From Squalus acanthias (taxonomy: Eukaryota): 64,000 nt of DNA. The stretch is taken from NCBI GenBank assembly GCA_030390025.1, contig CM059430.1:67828001-67892000 (forward strand), given 5' to 3'. A program made the position numbers and the translations under genes. The notes below the pieces were generated by a model. That model was not told the origin of the DNA and searched no databases. It saw nothing but the letters and a program-made list of their open reading frames with translations. This document shows, one piece after another, positions 12,626-25,752 of the stretch (position 1 is the stretch's first letter; each line of letters begins with the position of its first letter).

Positions 12626-13916
12626 ACTGTCATCGACAGTGCTATCAAGCGGCACGTACTCACCAATAACCTGCTCACTGATGCCCAGTTTGGGTTCCGC
12701 CAAGACCACTCGGCTCCCGACTTCATTACAGCCCTGATCCAAACATGGACAAAGGAGCTGAATTCCAGTGGTGAGATGAGAGTGACTGCCATTGACATCA
12801 AGGCAGCATTTGAGCGAGTGTGGCATCAAGGAACCCTACTAAAACTGAAGTCAATGGAAATCAGGGAGAAAACGCTCCACTGGATGGTGTCATACCTAGC
12901 ACAAAGGAAAATGGTTGTGGTGATTGAAGATCAATCATCACAGCCCCAGGACATCGCTGCAGGAGTTCGTCAGGGCAGTGTCCTAGGGCCAACCATCTTC
13001 AGCTGCTTCATCAATGATCTTCCCTCCAACATAAGGTCAGAAATGGTGACTGCACAGTGTTGAGCGCCATTCACAACTCCGCAGATAATGAAGCAGTCCA
13101 TCACCGCATGCAACAAGAGCTGGACGAAATGCAGGCTTGGGTTGATAATTGGCAGGTAACATTCGCGCGACAGAAGTGCCAGTCAATGACTATCTCAAAC
13201 AAGCGAGAGTCTAACCACTTCTCCTTGACAATTAACGGCTTTAACATCGCCTAATTCTCCAACATCCTGGGGGTCATCATTGACCAGAAACGTAACTGGA
13301 CCAGCTACATAAATACTGTGGCAACACGAGCAAGTCAGAGGCTAGGTATTCTGTGGCGAATGTCTCACATCCTGAGTCCCCAAAGGCTTTCCACCATCTA
13401 CAAGGCACAAGTAAGGAGTATGATGTAATACTCATCACTTGCCTGGATGAGTGCAGCTCCAACAACACTCAAGAAGCTCGATACCATCCAAGACAAAGCC
13501 GCCCGTTTGATTGGCACCACTTCTCCCACCTTCAACATTCACACCCTCCGCCACCTCCGTACAGTGGCGGCTGTGTGTACCATCTATGAGATGCACTGGG
13601 GCAACTCGCCAAGGCTTCTTCGGCAGCACCTCCCAAACCCACGACTTCTTCCACCTTAACAAGGACAAAGGCAGCAGGCGCATGGAAACACCACCACCTC
13701 CAATTCCTCTCCAAGTCACACACCATCCTGACTTAGAAGTATATCGCGAATCCTTCATCGTTGCTGGGTCAAAATCCTGGAACTCCCTACCAAACAGCAC
13801 ACGGACTGTAGCGGTTCAAGAATGCGGCTCAGCTCCACCTACTCAAGGACAACTAGCGATGGGCAATAAATGCTGGCCTTGCTAGAGACGCTCAGATCCC
13901 ATAAGCGAATAAAAAA
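12626..13916 (+). mobile_element. Family B non-LTR 3' fragment nested in CR1 ORF2
   Basis: RT motifs DIKAAFERVWH and GVRQGSVLGP; ends gaataaaaaa; CR1 ORF2 continues on both sides. Confidence 0.88.
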
Positions 13917-16679
13917 GAAGAAATGGGAGAATTTATAATGGGGAACAAGGAAATGGTTGAGGAATTAAACAAATACTAAGGTTCTGTCTTCACGGAAGAG
14001 GGCACAAATGACTTCCCATAAGTGCTAGGGAACCAAGGGTCGAGTGAGAAGGAGGTATTAATGGAAATTAGTATTTGTAAAAAAATACTGCTGTAGAAAT
14101 TAATGGGACTGAAAGCCGATAAATCCCCAGGGCCTGATAATCTGCATTCCAGAGTACTAAAAGACGTAGCCATGGAAATAGTGGATGCATTCCTTGTCAT
14201 CTTCAAAAATTCTATAGAATATGGAACAGTTCCTGCAGATTGGAGGGTGGCAACCCCACTATTTAAAAAAGGAGGGAGAGTGAAAACAGGGAACTTTACA
14301 TCAGTAGTAGGGGAAATACTAGAGTCTATTATAAAGGATGTGTTAACAGGACACTTAGACAATATCAACGGGATTAGACAAAGTCAACATAGATTTTTGA
14401 AAGGGAAATCGTGTTTGCCAAATCTACTGGAGTTTTTTGAGGATACAACTGCTAGAATAGATAAGAGAGAACCAGTGGATGTGGTGTATTTGGATTTTCT
14501 GATGGCCTTTGATAAAGTCCCACATAAGAGGTTAGTGGGCAAAATTAAAACACATGGGATTTGGGGTAATATACTAGCATGGATTGAAAATTGGTTAACA
14601 GACAAGAAACAGAGAGTAGGAATAAATCAGTTTTTTTCAGGGTGCAGCTGGTGACTTGTGTGGTACCACAGGGATCAGTGCTTCGGCCCCAGCTATTCAC
14701 AATATATATCAATGATTTGGATGAGGGAAGCAAATGTAATATTTCCAAGTTTGCTGAGGACACGAAACTACGTGGGATTGTGAGTTGTGAGGAGGATGCA
14801 ACGAGGCTTAAAGGAGATTTAGACAAGTAGGGTGAGTGGGCAAAAACATGGCAAATGCAGTATAACGTGGATAAATGTGAAGTTATCCACTTCGGTAGAA
14901 AAACAGAAAGGCAGAGTATTATTAAAATGGTGATAGATTGGGAAATGTTGATGTACAAAGGGACCTGGTTTTCCTTGTACACCAGTCACTGAAAGCAAAC
15001 ATGCAAGTGCAGCAAGCAGTTAGGAATACAAATGGTATGTTGGCCTTCATTGCAAAAGGATTTGAGTACAGGAGCAAGGCTGTCTTACTACAGATATACA
15101 GGGCCTTGGTGAGACCACACCTGGAGAACTGTGTGCAGTTTTGTTATTCTTACATAAGAAAGGATATACTTGCCTTAGAGGGAGTGCAGCAAAGGTTCAC
15201 CACACTGATTTCTGGAGTGGCAGGACTGTCATATGAGGAGAGATTGGGACTATTAGGCCTGGATTCACAGGAGTTTCGAAGAATGAGAGGGGATCTCATT
15301 GAAACGTATAACATTCTGACAGGGCTAGACAGACTGGATGCACGGAGGATGTTTCCCCAGGCTGGGGGTTCTAGAACGAGGGGTCACAGTCTCAGGATAC
15401 GTGGTAGGACATTTAAGACTGAGATGAGAAGACAGTTTTACTCAGAGGGTGGTGAACCTGTGTAATTCTCTACCACAGAAGGCTGTGGACGCCAAGTCAC
15501 TGAATATATTGAAGAAGGAGCTAAATAGATTTCTAGACACAAAAGGCATCAAGGGGCATGGGGAGAGAGCAGGAACATGGTATTGAGATAGAGGATCAGC
15601 CATGATCATATTGAATGGCGGAGCAGGCTCGAAGGGCCAATTGGCCTACTCCTGCTCCTAATTTTCTATGTTTGTATGTAAGCCAGGATCCATCGCATCG
15701 TCTTCCTCATCCTTTACCCACAAATCAAAATATTGTCCAATTCACCACAGTTGTTGCCCTTTCCAACCATTGTTACAATGGCAGTTCTGTTTTCTGCGCA
15801 GGCTTCTGTTCCTGAGGTGGTTAGAGGGCGACGTCATAATGTCACTAACAGAGAAGAACTACTCAAAATCTCCTCCATGATCGCCTCCCACCTGCAGCTC
15901 GAAGGTGAAACACACTGTAACAAGGGATAACTTTAATTAGCAGCCCCCCTCTTAAAAAAGTTACAATAATGGGGAAATTCAATTTAAAAATCAGTCACTT
16001 TAGCTAAATTATGTTTAGTTTTTAACTACCTGGCCAGAAATTACATTTCGAGATCCCGCATGATTACCGGAACAATGTCGTCCATGAAAGATCTTCGTGG
16101 AATGGATCTGACCAATTTCACAGTAGCAGAAGTGTAGGCGAAAAAAATAAAGCGCAAATATTTAGAAGAACACGCCTAATGTTTGTTCTAAATTTTGTAT
16201 AATGTCGATAAATATAAAGAATGGATCAGATTTCGCGTCTTCAGGCGAAGCCATTGTACATTCTAGATGTTAAGAAATATTACAGGGCAAATATGAAGTT
16301 TAGTTGCGTTTGAATGTGACCTTTACGCGTATGCGCGCTTTCGCTGGATGTTGCAATGAGCAGAGCTAAAATTAACACTTGAACTGCTGCTGTGTAGAGG
16401 TGAATTGATGAGCCACGTTCTTTATTTAGCTCGAGAACGTGATGCACTCGTGTCATTATATCCGAACATGTTTAAGTACTGCAAAAACCACACGGTCAAA
16501 ACCTTCGCTATTTCCTTAGGTTTCATCAGACTACGTGATAAGTCGAACATACAGATATTTCACGCGGCTATATCTGATTATGTTATATTCCGGTACCGGG
16601 TTGTTAAATTAATCCTTACCCCAATTATATATTCTCCAATTTGAAACAATTAGTTCGGTGGCCAGAGCTCACAGATTAG

Positions 16680-17815
16680 TGGTAAATTAATTGGCAAAAG
16701 AACTAGAAGGAAAATTTGGAGAATTCTTTTGATACAGATATTGTTAATATCCAGAATGCACTACTTGAAGGAGTGGTGGAAGCAGATTCCATAAGAACTT
16801 TCAAAAGACAATTGGCGATGTACTTGAAGAAGACTAATTTGCAGGATTATCAGGAAGAAGCTGGGGTGCAGGACGAAATTGGACAGCTCTTTTAAAGAGC
16901 CGGCAGAGACACATCGGGCAGAATGGCCTCCTTCTTTGCTGTAAGATTCTATGTCTCTACGATTCTATGATTACTATTAGATGGAGAAATTGAATGGAAG
17001 AAATAACTTAATTATAGGTAAACAGTTCCTGAAAATTTACAAGTTTTCAGATTATGTCACAGAACATTTGGTATTGCATTTAGAAACAGAAACATAGAAG
17101 CATAGAAAATAGGAGCAGGATACGGCCATTCGGCCCTTCGAGCCTGCTCCGCCATTCAATATGATCATGGCTGATCCTCTATCTCAATATCATATTCCTA
17201 CTCTCTGCCCATATCCCTTGGTGCCTTTTGTGTCTAGAAATCTATCAATACCTTGAGTACTGTGTGCAGTTGTGGTCGCCTTATCTGAGAAAGGATGTTC
17301 TTGCCATGGAAGGAGTTCAGCGAAGATTCACAAGGCTGATACCTGGGATGGCAGGAATGACATATGAGGAGAGATTGGGTCGATTGGGCTTATACTCGCT
17401 AGAGTATAGAAGAATGAGAGGGGATCTCATCTAAACATATAAAATTCTGACAGGTCTGGACAAACTAGATGCAGGAGGAATGTTCCCGATGGTCGGGGAG
17501 TCCAGAACGAGGGGTCATAATCTAAGGATAACGGGTAAGCCATTTAGGACAGAAATGAGGAAGAATTTCTTCACCCAGAGAGTGGTGAACCTGTGGAATT
17601 CTCTACCACAGAAGGTAGTTGAGGCCAAGTCATTAAATATATTCAAGAATGAGTTAGATATATTTCTTAAAGCTAAAGGTATCAAGGGATATGGGGAGAA
17701 GGCAGGTACAGGGTACTGAGTTTGGATGATCAGCCATGATCTCATCGACTGGCGGAGCAGGCTCGAGGGGCGGAATGGCCTACTCCTGCTCCTATCTTCT
17801 ATATTTCTATGTTTG
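16680..17815. mobile_element. Cluster of CR1 3' fragments (+ 16680-16975; - 17085-17246; + 17247-17815)
   Basis: LEYCVQLWSP, RRMRGDLI and RTRGH...FFTQRVVNLWNSLP motifs, plus CR1 3' tails. Confidence 0.85.
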
Positions 17816-18489
17816 TACAAAGCCACACCCAACATCATCTTGGTGTGCCACTCATCACATCCCCATCTCTCTGAGTTCCCTACCTTACTCCTGCACATGT
17901 TTACTCGCATCAACTTACCTTGCACCTCCGCCCATCCCGCTCTATCTGAATTATCACTTCCCCATCTCACTAGCCACCCCTCACACTCACCCTCATCCTA
18001 CTGCAAGCATGCCAACTAACAACACACAAGATTAGGCACTTGGGTGGTTTCAGTTAATGTGCTGTCAAACATTGAAATCTTTATTTTCAACACTTTCCGT
18101 TCTTGAACAGATTTGTGTGCACCTTTGAAAGTGTCTGAGTGAGTTGCAGTGAATTGTGAGGCCTAACTCCCCCCCAACCCCGCCCCCCACAATGTTGATG
18201 AGTGTGAAAGGAATGGCTTTGAAATTGTAGGGATGCTGTTGTGGGGTGGTGCCAAGCTGGTGCAAGATGTGGCAGTCAGGGTTAAGTGAAGCTAATCTGG
18301 ACATGGTGAGTCCATCGCTGGCGTCAAGTCAGCAATGTGCAGGGGTAATGATGCCCTGTGACCGGTGCAGCATCAGTTGATTGCGGAGAAGGTTGGTGTG
18401 GATGTTAGTGCTGCTGCTGTGCCCGGTGATGCTTGTGTTGGGGCTGATCGTTTTGGGATTCTGATGACCAAGGTGAGATCTTTTCTGAT

Positions 18490-19650
18490 GGAATAGATGG
18501 CAGGTGAGGTTGCGATGACAGAAGTAATCTCTCAATGTTGAGGTAAATTGTTCCAAAGAGGTGACAGTGGATAGAGAGATTACTCCAAACACTTGAAAAG
18601 TGCATAAAGCTCAAAAGAGGGTACTAAGTACTCAGGACTGAAGCTTCTGACATTGCAAACTGACCAGCTGTATAATGGCAGGTTTTAAACCACTTTTGCA
18701 GTTGTCATCTATTGAAAGAAATGTTGAGTTGTTCAGAACGCGACATATTTACCTGGCGTGATCCCCGAGCGACGGGACCCTCGTGGAAAACTTGGCAAAA
18801 TTTTTTGAACGAGGAAAATTGCCATTTAATTACTTTAAACACCCTCCTAAGAAGCACAATTGATTGACCCACCGTTTAGTGCCGTGTCTGCAAAGTGCAG
18901 GCAGAAATGGCACTTGGGAAACTGACAAGGAGACGCGTTCAGAGTGGGATACCGGCCCGCTGTCAATCTTCTTGATTTTGACAGTGAACCCGCCTCCAAA
19001 TCCGCCCTCTGAACACCAGCATAATTCAGCTGGATTTTACCAATCTCAGCGGGTCTGTGGCGGGCGAGGTCGATGGCGTCTGCCGACCCCACTGTTCTCT
19101 CCATCTCGCTGCCTAAAACGATTTTCCCCTGACTGAGAGAAGCGATCTGTCAATGATGAGAGAGTTTGATCCAATGAGGTGACACTGGATAGAAAGTTTA
19201 CTCCAAACACTTGCAACCTGCATAAAGCTCAATCTGTCTTCCAAAGGCAGTAAAAAAACAGCTTCTGAGCTTGGAAAGTGAACAGATGTGATTTGGGAGC
19301 TTTTATAGCACATTTCAAGCTGTCAAGTAATGAGATGACTCCATGGTCATACAACTCCAGGCCTGCTTACCTGAAATGATCCCCGAGCAGCGTGGAACAC
19401 GTGGGCGACTTCGTAAAATGTAAAGGTGAGCCCAAACTACTTCTTAATGGGCTGTTAACAGCGTCATAATGAATTGAATTGCAACCCCCGCTATTGCGTG
19501 TCGGGTCTCTTCAGTGCTGACAGACCCGACATCTGGGAAAGGTGCGTGGCAGCGGATTGATAGCGGGATCCCGACCCGTTGTCAGAAAAAACATTTCCCG
19601 CATGACTCACCACCGAACGCGCCCGCTCACCCGCTGGGAAATTCCCCCTG
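18490..19650 (-). mobile_element. Two tandem diverged terminal arms of a non-autonomous Harbinger-like family
   Basis: gaggtgacagtggatagagagattactccaaacacttg (18558) matches gaggtgacactggatagaaagtttactccaaacacttg (19176); tgatccccgagc occurs in both; each arm ends ttttcccc or aattccccc followed by TGA. Confidence 0.55.
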
Positions 19651-19749
19651 ATGTATTTCAGTGGAAGTGCCAGTATTAGTAAAAATTGCTGGCCATAAAC
19701 TGTTTGGGGGCCTTCGATGTACATCACTAAAAGTGTCTTGGTAGCACCA

Positions 19750-20690
19750 CTCCTGACCGAGCTGGCCGAGTCCTGAAGGACATAGCTGCCAGACTAAGCG
19801 TGTCGCAGGTGATGACAGAACCAACATGAGGGAAAAAGCCATTTGACCTCGTCCTCACCAATCTACGTATCGTGGATGCATCTGTCCACGACAGTACTGG
19901 TAGGAGTCAGCACGGCAGAGTCCTTGTGGAAACGAAGTCCCATCTTCACACTGCGGACACCTTTCATCGTGTTGTGTGGCACCACCAGCGTGCTAACTGG
20001 GATAAATTCAGAACAGATCTAGCAGCTCAAAAATGGGCATCCATGAGGCGTTGTGGGCCAAGAGCAACAGCAGCAAAAAGGCATATCCCTTACTCTACCA
20101 TTGCCATCAAGCCAGGCGACCAACGCTGGTTCAACAAGCAGTTTAGAAGAGCATGCCAGGAGCAGTACCAAGCTTATCTGAAAATGAGGTGGCAACCTGG
20201 TGAAGCTACAACCCAGGACATGCATGCTAAACAGCGGAAGTAGCATACTATAGACAGAGACAGGCGACCCCACAAAAAACCGATCAGATCAAAGCTCTGC
20301 AGTCCTGCCACATCCAGTTGTGAATGGTGGCGCATAAGTAAACAACTAACCGGTGGAGAAGGTTTCATGATAATCCCCATCCTCAATGATGATGGAGCCC
20401 TGCACTTGAGTGCAAAAACAAGGCTGAGGGCCCCGACAACATCCCGAATGTAGTGTTGAACACTTGTGCTCCAGAACTAGCCACTAGCTAAACTGTTCCA
20501 GTAAAGCTACAACACTGGCATCTAACTGACAAGGTGAAAAATTGCCCACATATGTCCTGTCCACAAAAATAATGACAAATACAATCCGACCAATTACTGC
20601 CCCATCAGCCTACTCTCAATCATCAGCAAAGTGATGGAAGGTGTCATCGACAATGCTTCAAGCACCACCTAATCACCAATGTGTGGCACT
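19750..20690 (+). mobile_element. Family B non-LTR internal fragment with deletions
   Basis: ANWDKFRTDLA and KPGDQRWFN in ORF 19872-20243; PDNIP and NYCPISLL-like remnants downstream. Confidence 0.75.
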
Positions 20691-20769
20691 ATTACTCTGG
20701 TAAATGGAATAGATTCAGAACAGATCTAGCACTACAGCCGGGATTGCACGTTTATTGTTTCTTAATGCC

Positions 20770-22995
20770 AATCAATTAGATTCTGTCTTTGACCCCTGAA
20801 GGGCATTTTCTTCTTCTAGCACTGTAATATTTTCCTTCATCAAAACTGCTACCCATCCTCCTTTTTTCCTTCCCTATCTTTCCTGAATACCTTGTACCTT
20901 GGAATATTAAGAGTCCAATCCGCCCCCTTTTGAAGCAGGTCTCAGTTATCGCCACTGCATTATATTGCCATGTGGCTATTGGCGCCTGTATCTCACCAAC
21001 TTTATTAACTAAACTTCGTAAATTTACACACATACATTACAAATCTAACTTAGATCTCTTTGTATTTTCTATGATCCCACCTAATTCTGTATTATTTCTA
21101 ATTCAAGCTGTCTCTCCCATTCCTCTATACTTTTAAAAACTACATGTTGGTGCTCAACCCCCTGCCGAATTAGTTTAAACCCTACCGCACAGCACCCGTT
21201 TTCTTGATCAGTTTGTTTCCAGCGCAGCGAGAAAGGAGGCGTTGCTGGATCTAGTCATAGAGTCATAGAGTCAAAACGGCACAGAAGGAGGCCATTTGGC
21301 ATATCGAGTCCGTGCCTACTCTCTGTAGAGCAACCCAGTCACACCCATTTCCCCTCTCTATCCCCGTAGCCTTGCAAATTTATTTCCCTCATGTGCCTAC
21401 CAGTCTCCCCTTGAAAACATTGAGTGTTTCCGCTTCCGTCGGAAGCGAATTCCAGGTCATCACCACTCGCTGTGTAAAAAAACTTTTCCTCACATCCCCC
21501 CCTGAATCTCTTGCCCAAAACCTTAAATCTGTGCCCTTATTCCTTGTACCATCAACTAGTGGGAACAGCCTTTCTCCGTCTAGCCTATCCAAACCCGTCA
21601 AAATCTTGTACACCTCTATCAAATCACCCCTCAACCTCCTTTGCTCGAATGAAAACAAACCCTTCTTCCCCAACCTGTCCTTTTAGCTAAGAACCCCCAT
21701 CACTAGAACCATTTTGGTAAATCTCCTCTACACCCTCTCAAGGGCCTTCTCATCCTTCCTAAAGATTGTTGAACAGAACTGGACGCAATACTCCAGTTGT
21801 GGCCTAACCAGTGCTTTATAAAGTTTCAGCATAACTTCACTACTTTTGTACTCAATACCTCTATTTCTGAAGCCCAAGATCCCATATGCTTTGTTAACCA
21901 AACTCTCAATATGTCCTGCCACCTTCAGGGACCTATGCATGTTATCTCCCAGGTCCCGCTGTCCCTGCACACTCTTTCAAACTGTGCCATGACGTGTATA
22001 TTGCCTCTCCCTGTTCCTTCTGCAAAATGCATCACCTCAAACTTCTCTGTATTAAATTCCATCTGCCACCCGTCTACCCATTCTGCTAGCCTTTTTTTGT
22101 CCTGTTGCAGTCGATTGATCTCATCATCAATGTTTGCCACACCACCAAGTTTGGAATTATCGGCAAATTTAGAAATTCTACTGTGTATTCCAATATCCAG
22201 GTCATTTATATATATCAAAAAAAACAGTGGCCCCAGCACTGACCGTAGTCCTGAGGAATGAAATGGGTAAAGTGGAGAATGTCAGTCGAGGAGCATCTCG
22301 AGATTAGCGATCATGGTATCATAAGGTTTAGATTGTTATGGAAAAGTACAAGGAGCAATCGAGAATAAAATTATGTAACTGGCTAATTTCAGCGAATTGA
22401 GGAGGGATCTGGGCCAAGTAAATTGCCATACATGTAATGGAGCAAAGGACGGCCTTTAAAGAAGAGATGGTTCGGGTAAACTTTAGGTACATTCCCACTA
22501 GGTGGAAAGGGAGGGCAACCGAAGCCAGAGCTCCCTAGATGAAAAAGGAGTTAGAGAGTAGGATGAAGCAGAAAAAGGGGTCGTATGACAGAAGTCAGCT
22601 TGATAATACAAGGGAGAATCAGGCTGAATATAAAACGTGCAGAGGAGAAGTGAAAGAGGAAATAAGAGGGGCAAAGAGACAATAAGAGATTAGATCGGCG
22701 GCTAGCATAAACGAGAATCCAAAGGTCTGCTGTAGGCGTATTAACAGTAAAAGGTTTATCAACGAAGCGGTGTGGCCAATTAGGGACAAAAGTTGAGGTC
22801 TATTGGTAGAGGCAGAAGGTATGGCTTAGGTACTAAATGAGAACTTTAAATCGGTCTTTAACAAGGAAGATGACGTTGCCAAAGCTATGGTAAATGCCGA
22901 GGTTGCCAGGATACTGGATGAGATAAAAATACATAAAGCTGAGGTACTAGAAAGGCTGGCAGAACTTAAAATGGATACTTCACCCGGTCCGAACA
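20770..22995. mobile_element. Nested CR1 fragments (- 20770-21190; + 21200-21256 and 22244-22995; - 21257-22243)
   Basis: CVNLRSLVNKV/AITET endonuclease start on -; LGPLFFLIYINDLD, KFAD and LEYCVQF on -; + strand LERLAELKMDTSPGP. Confidence 0.85.
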
Positions 22996-23959
22996 CTTTT
23001 CCTGTAATGATTCCCTGTGATGCTTGTAGACAATTTTGTAATAGGGTTTTCAATGTTACTCCAATCGCTCAGTTATAACAACTCCCTGTAAAACCAGAAT
23101 GTGTTGCCCACAAGTCACTCAAAATATTTTCTAACAAATAATCTATAATTGCTCCCATTTACGAAAAATTAAAGAAAAATTTAAAAATACAAATTTCATG
23201 ATAACATTATTATATCTACCCGTCGAATTTTCTCTTGTATCCTTTAATGTCTTCATTAAATGTTTACTTGAAGACCTCAGTCTATCCCAAAAGCCATGCT
23301 CCCGCTTGATATTGTTGCCCACGCCTGTGATTCTGTTCGTTGAAAGCAGATTCTGAGGATGTGCAGTGTATCTAATTTCCTAGGATGCATCAGTACCATT
23401 CAATCAACAGTGCTGGGGAATATTTGTTTTTAACCTCAAGCAATTTATTCTCAGTTGTTTATCGAAGTTATTTAAAGGGAAGCTAGGGGACGTTTATTCT
23501 GCGTATTTATTTTATAACAATGTGTGCCTTTGTAACTATGAGCGAGACAGAAAGAGAGAAGCGTAAAAATGTGATGATTAGACTTCTGTTGAAGCTTTTA
23601 TTTTGTGTTTCTATAAACTTCAGAAAGCACATTGAGCTGATCTAGAAGCTCTTTTCTCACCCTAAGTTTTGTAAAAGTTTCAAATATTGTTCAATTTTGA
23701 AGCCAACAGAAGGCTTGTAAGCGTCTCTCCTGTGTTATTTTGACAGGTAGAAAATGAAATATTCTAATTTCTGACACTTATGTAAAGCACAGAAGCCAGA
23801 CACACATATGCACACAAATTGCTAGAGAGACAGACAGAAATATTTCCTTTTCTGAACAATCCACACGTGAAACTGCAGTCATCAGCAGCTTATTTTCCCA
23901 GGATAACATTTCACCCCACGTCTGAAAAGAAATAATGGAAGAAGTAAAAGGCGGAGAAG

Positions 23960-24022
23960 CAGAAGAGACGAGGGAGAGAGGAGGGGAGAGAAAGAGAGAG
24001 AGAGAGAGAGAAAGAAAGAGAG
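23960..24022. repeat. (GA)n-rich microsatellite within a purine-rich tract
   Basis: gagagagagagagagaga core with degenerate GA flanks extending to ~24160. Confidence 0.9.
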
Positions 24023-24835
24023 GCACAGAGTGTGTCCGTATTTATGTGAGAGAGAGGCAACGAGAAGATTTACGGTGAGAGAAACAAGAGAAGAGAAAGA
24101 GAGACAAAAGCAGTGAAGCAGAGACGGAGAGAAATAGCAACACGAAGACAACAGAGACAGGTAAAGCAGATATCATATATTCTGACTTCACATATGCAAC
24201 CCTACGGGAAATTGACTAGTTCGTATAAAATCGTACAGCTTAGCTGAGGCTGAAATACTCCCAGTCCATTGAAATCAATGGGTCATGTGGTAAAGGTAAT
24301 AGTAACACATGCTATCTTCCCGCTCTCGACAGGATGACACTGCATCCTCTTAAAACAGTTATACAAGAAACCGTGCCATTCCTGACTTGTTCCAGAGGTG
24401 GGGCTATGAATTTCCTCAGCCTGTTACAACAATGCAGCTAAAAGACATACCATTTCCTCCCAGTAGGAGCGAGCCTGGTCAGGGGAGATCCACCACTATA
24501 CAATAATCAGTCTATATTTATCAGTTATGTTTGAATGGGCTATGGGTTTGTTGACTGAATAATGCTGTGGTATATGAATGTACTGTCTTCATTAAACGGA
24601 AAGCTCAGATGTATAAAGGATTCATTTGTGTTTACATTTCAATTTGAAAAAAACACTATATCTGAGCTTTGAAATCTGGCCATGTGATTATACAAAAGTT
24701 TCAGGCATTGCTATCGAATTCTTTTTTCACTATTTTATCAAATACATGAATTCGTTTAGGTAAAGGTAGCGCTTCTGCTACAAAATAGCAGACTATATAA
24801 TTTAAACCAATATGATAAGGATTGATACTTGGATA

Positions 24836-25752
24836 ATAAAGCGAAATGCTGCAGATGCTGGAAATCTGAAATAAAAAGAGAAAATGCTGGAAATACTCAG
24901 CAGGTCAGGCAGTATCTGTGGAAAAAGAAATAGGGGGAAAAATTCAGCTGCTTGCGCCTCCCGTTAGCGCCTTAAGAGGGCGCTAATGGGGCGTAAAGCA
25001 GCTAACGCCCGGGCGCAGCGCCGCCCACGCCTCCCGTAAAATTCAGCGGGAGGTTAGCGGCGGCGCCAGCCGGTAGCGCCCTGTGGCGCTGCGCCGCCGG
25101 CGATTACGTCATCGCCGTGCGCAGCACCCCGCTCGCGCTACAGCCGCGATCTTCAGTCGCGCCCCCTGATTTACCACCAGACACTATGTCCGACGGGTTC
25201 AGGGAGGCATATGTGCGGCCGGGGCGGCGATATTTAAAGGGGAGGTGGCAGGCGGCCATTTTTGTTGCTGGCCGCCTGCCAGCACCTGCCCCCGTTGCTG
25301 TCCCCGGCCCCCGTGAAGCCCCCCCCACCGTGAAGTGCCGGCTGCGCTCCAAGAGCCCGGCACTTCTCTTGAGTGCCGGGCTCTTTTGCTGGCACTCCCG
25401 ATCCCTGGGGGCCCAGCTGGGCCCCGGTTCGCGCTGCGCAGGGTCCCTCCCCTTTAAGAAGGGGAGGAAGGCCTGCAATACCACGGCGCGACGTGCCACA
25501 GCGCCTGGCGCTGCGGCACGTAGCGCCAGGATATTCCCTCGCAGCGCCCCAAGAGGGATGCGGGGTGCTTCCAGTGGCGCCCCGCTTCCCTCTTGGGGCG
25601 CAACCACTGAAGTTCCGGCGCGGGGCCGCTAATTTTTTCGGGGCGCTAAAAGTAGCGCCCCAGCGAGGTTAGCGCCCCAAATGGGGCGCGACTCACTTTT
25701 TAGCCCATAGAGTCAACTTTTCAGGTCGTTGATCCTTCTTCAGAACTGGCCA
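24836..25752 (-). mobile_element. Penelope-type 3' terminal (pLTR-like) relic split by a MITE
   Basis: 24836-24932 plus 25710-25752 is the reverse complement of the Penelope tail at ~50610-50745 (gcagatgctggaaat...aaatgctggaaatactcagcaggtcaggcag). Confidence 0.85.
24933..25706 (-). mobile_element. Harbinger-derived MITE (774 bp), GC/CpG-rich
   Basis: Left end gggggaaaaattcagctgcttgcgcc resembles the right arm of 566-4640; right end (reverse complement gggctaaaaagtgagtcgcgccccattt) resembles its left arm; ATA duplicated at 24930-24932 and 25707-25709. Confidence 0.88.

Larger units (their letters stand above)
7930..15678 (+). mobile_element. Near full-length decayed CR1 LINE (5' UTR, Zn-finger/esterase ORF1, APE-RT ORF2) carrying two nested insertions
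   Basis: ORF1 SGNH-esterase motifs (VAGDSIV, CCVPGARVKD, VHVVTNDIG at 10779-11132); ORF2 endonuclease (SDHN at ~12125) and RT (KSPGPDNLHSRVLK, YLDF..AFDKVPH, PQGSVL, KFA.DTK); CR1 3' tail ending in tctatg-like repeats at ~15678; many stops and frameshifts. Confidence 0.92.

Noticed and set aside
23900-24160. Possible exon between ttttccccag and cag|gtaaag
   Set aside because: All three frames hit a stop within ~40 nt of the acceptor; low-complexity GA sequence.
25104-25672. Long overlapping ORFs on both strands
   Set aside because: They lie in the GC-rich MITE, where stops are scarce; no recognisable domain.
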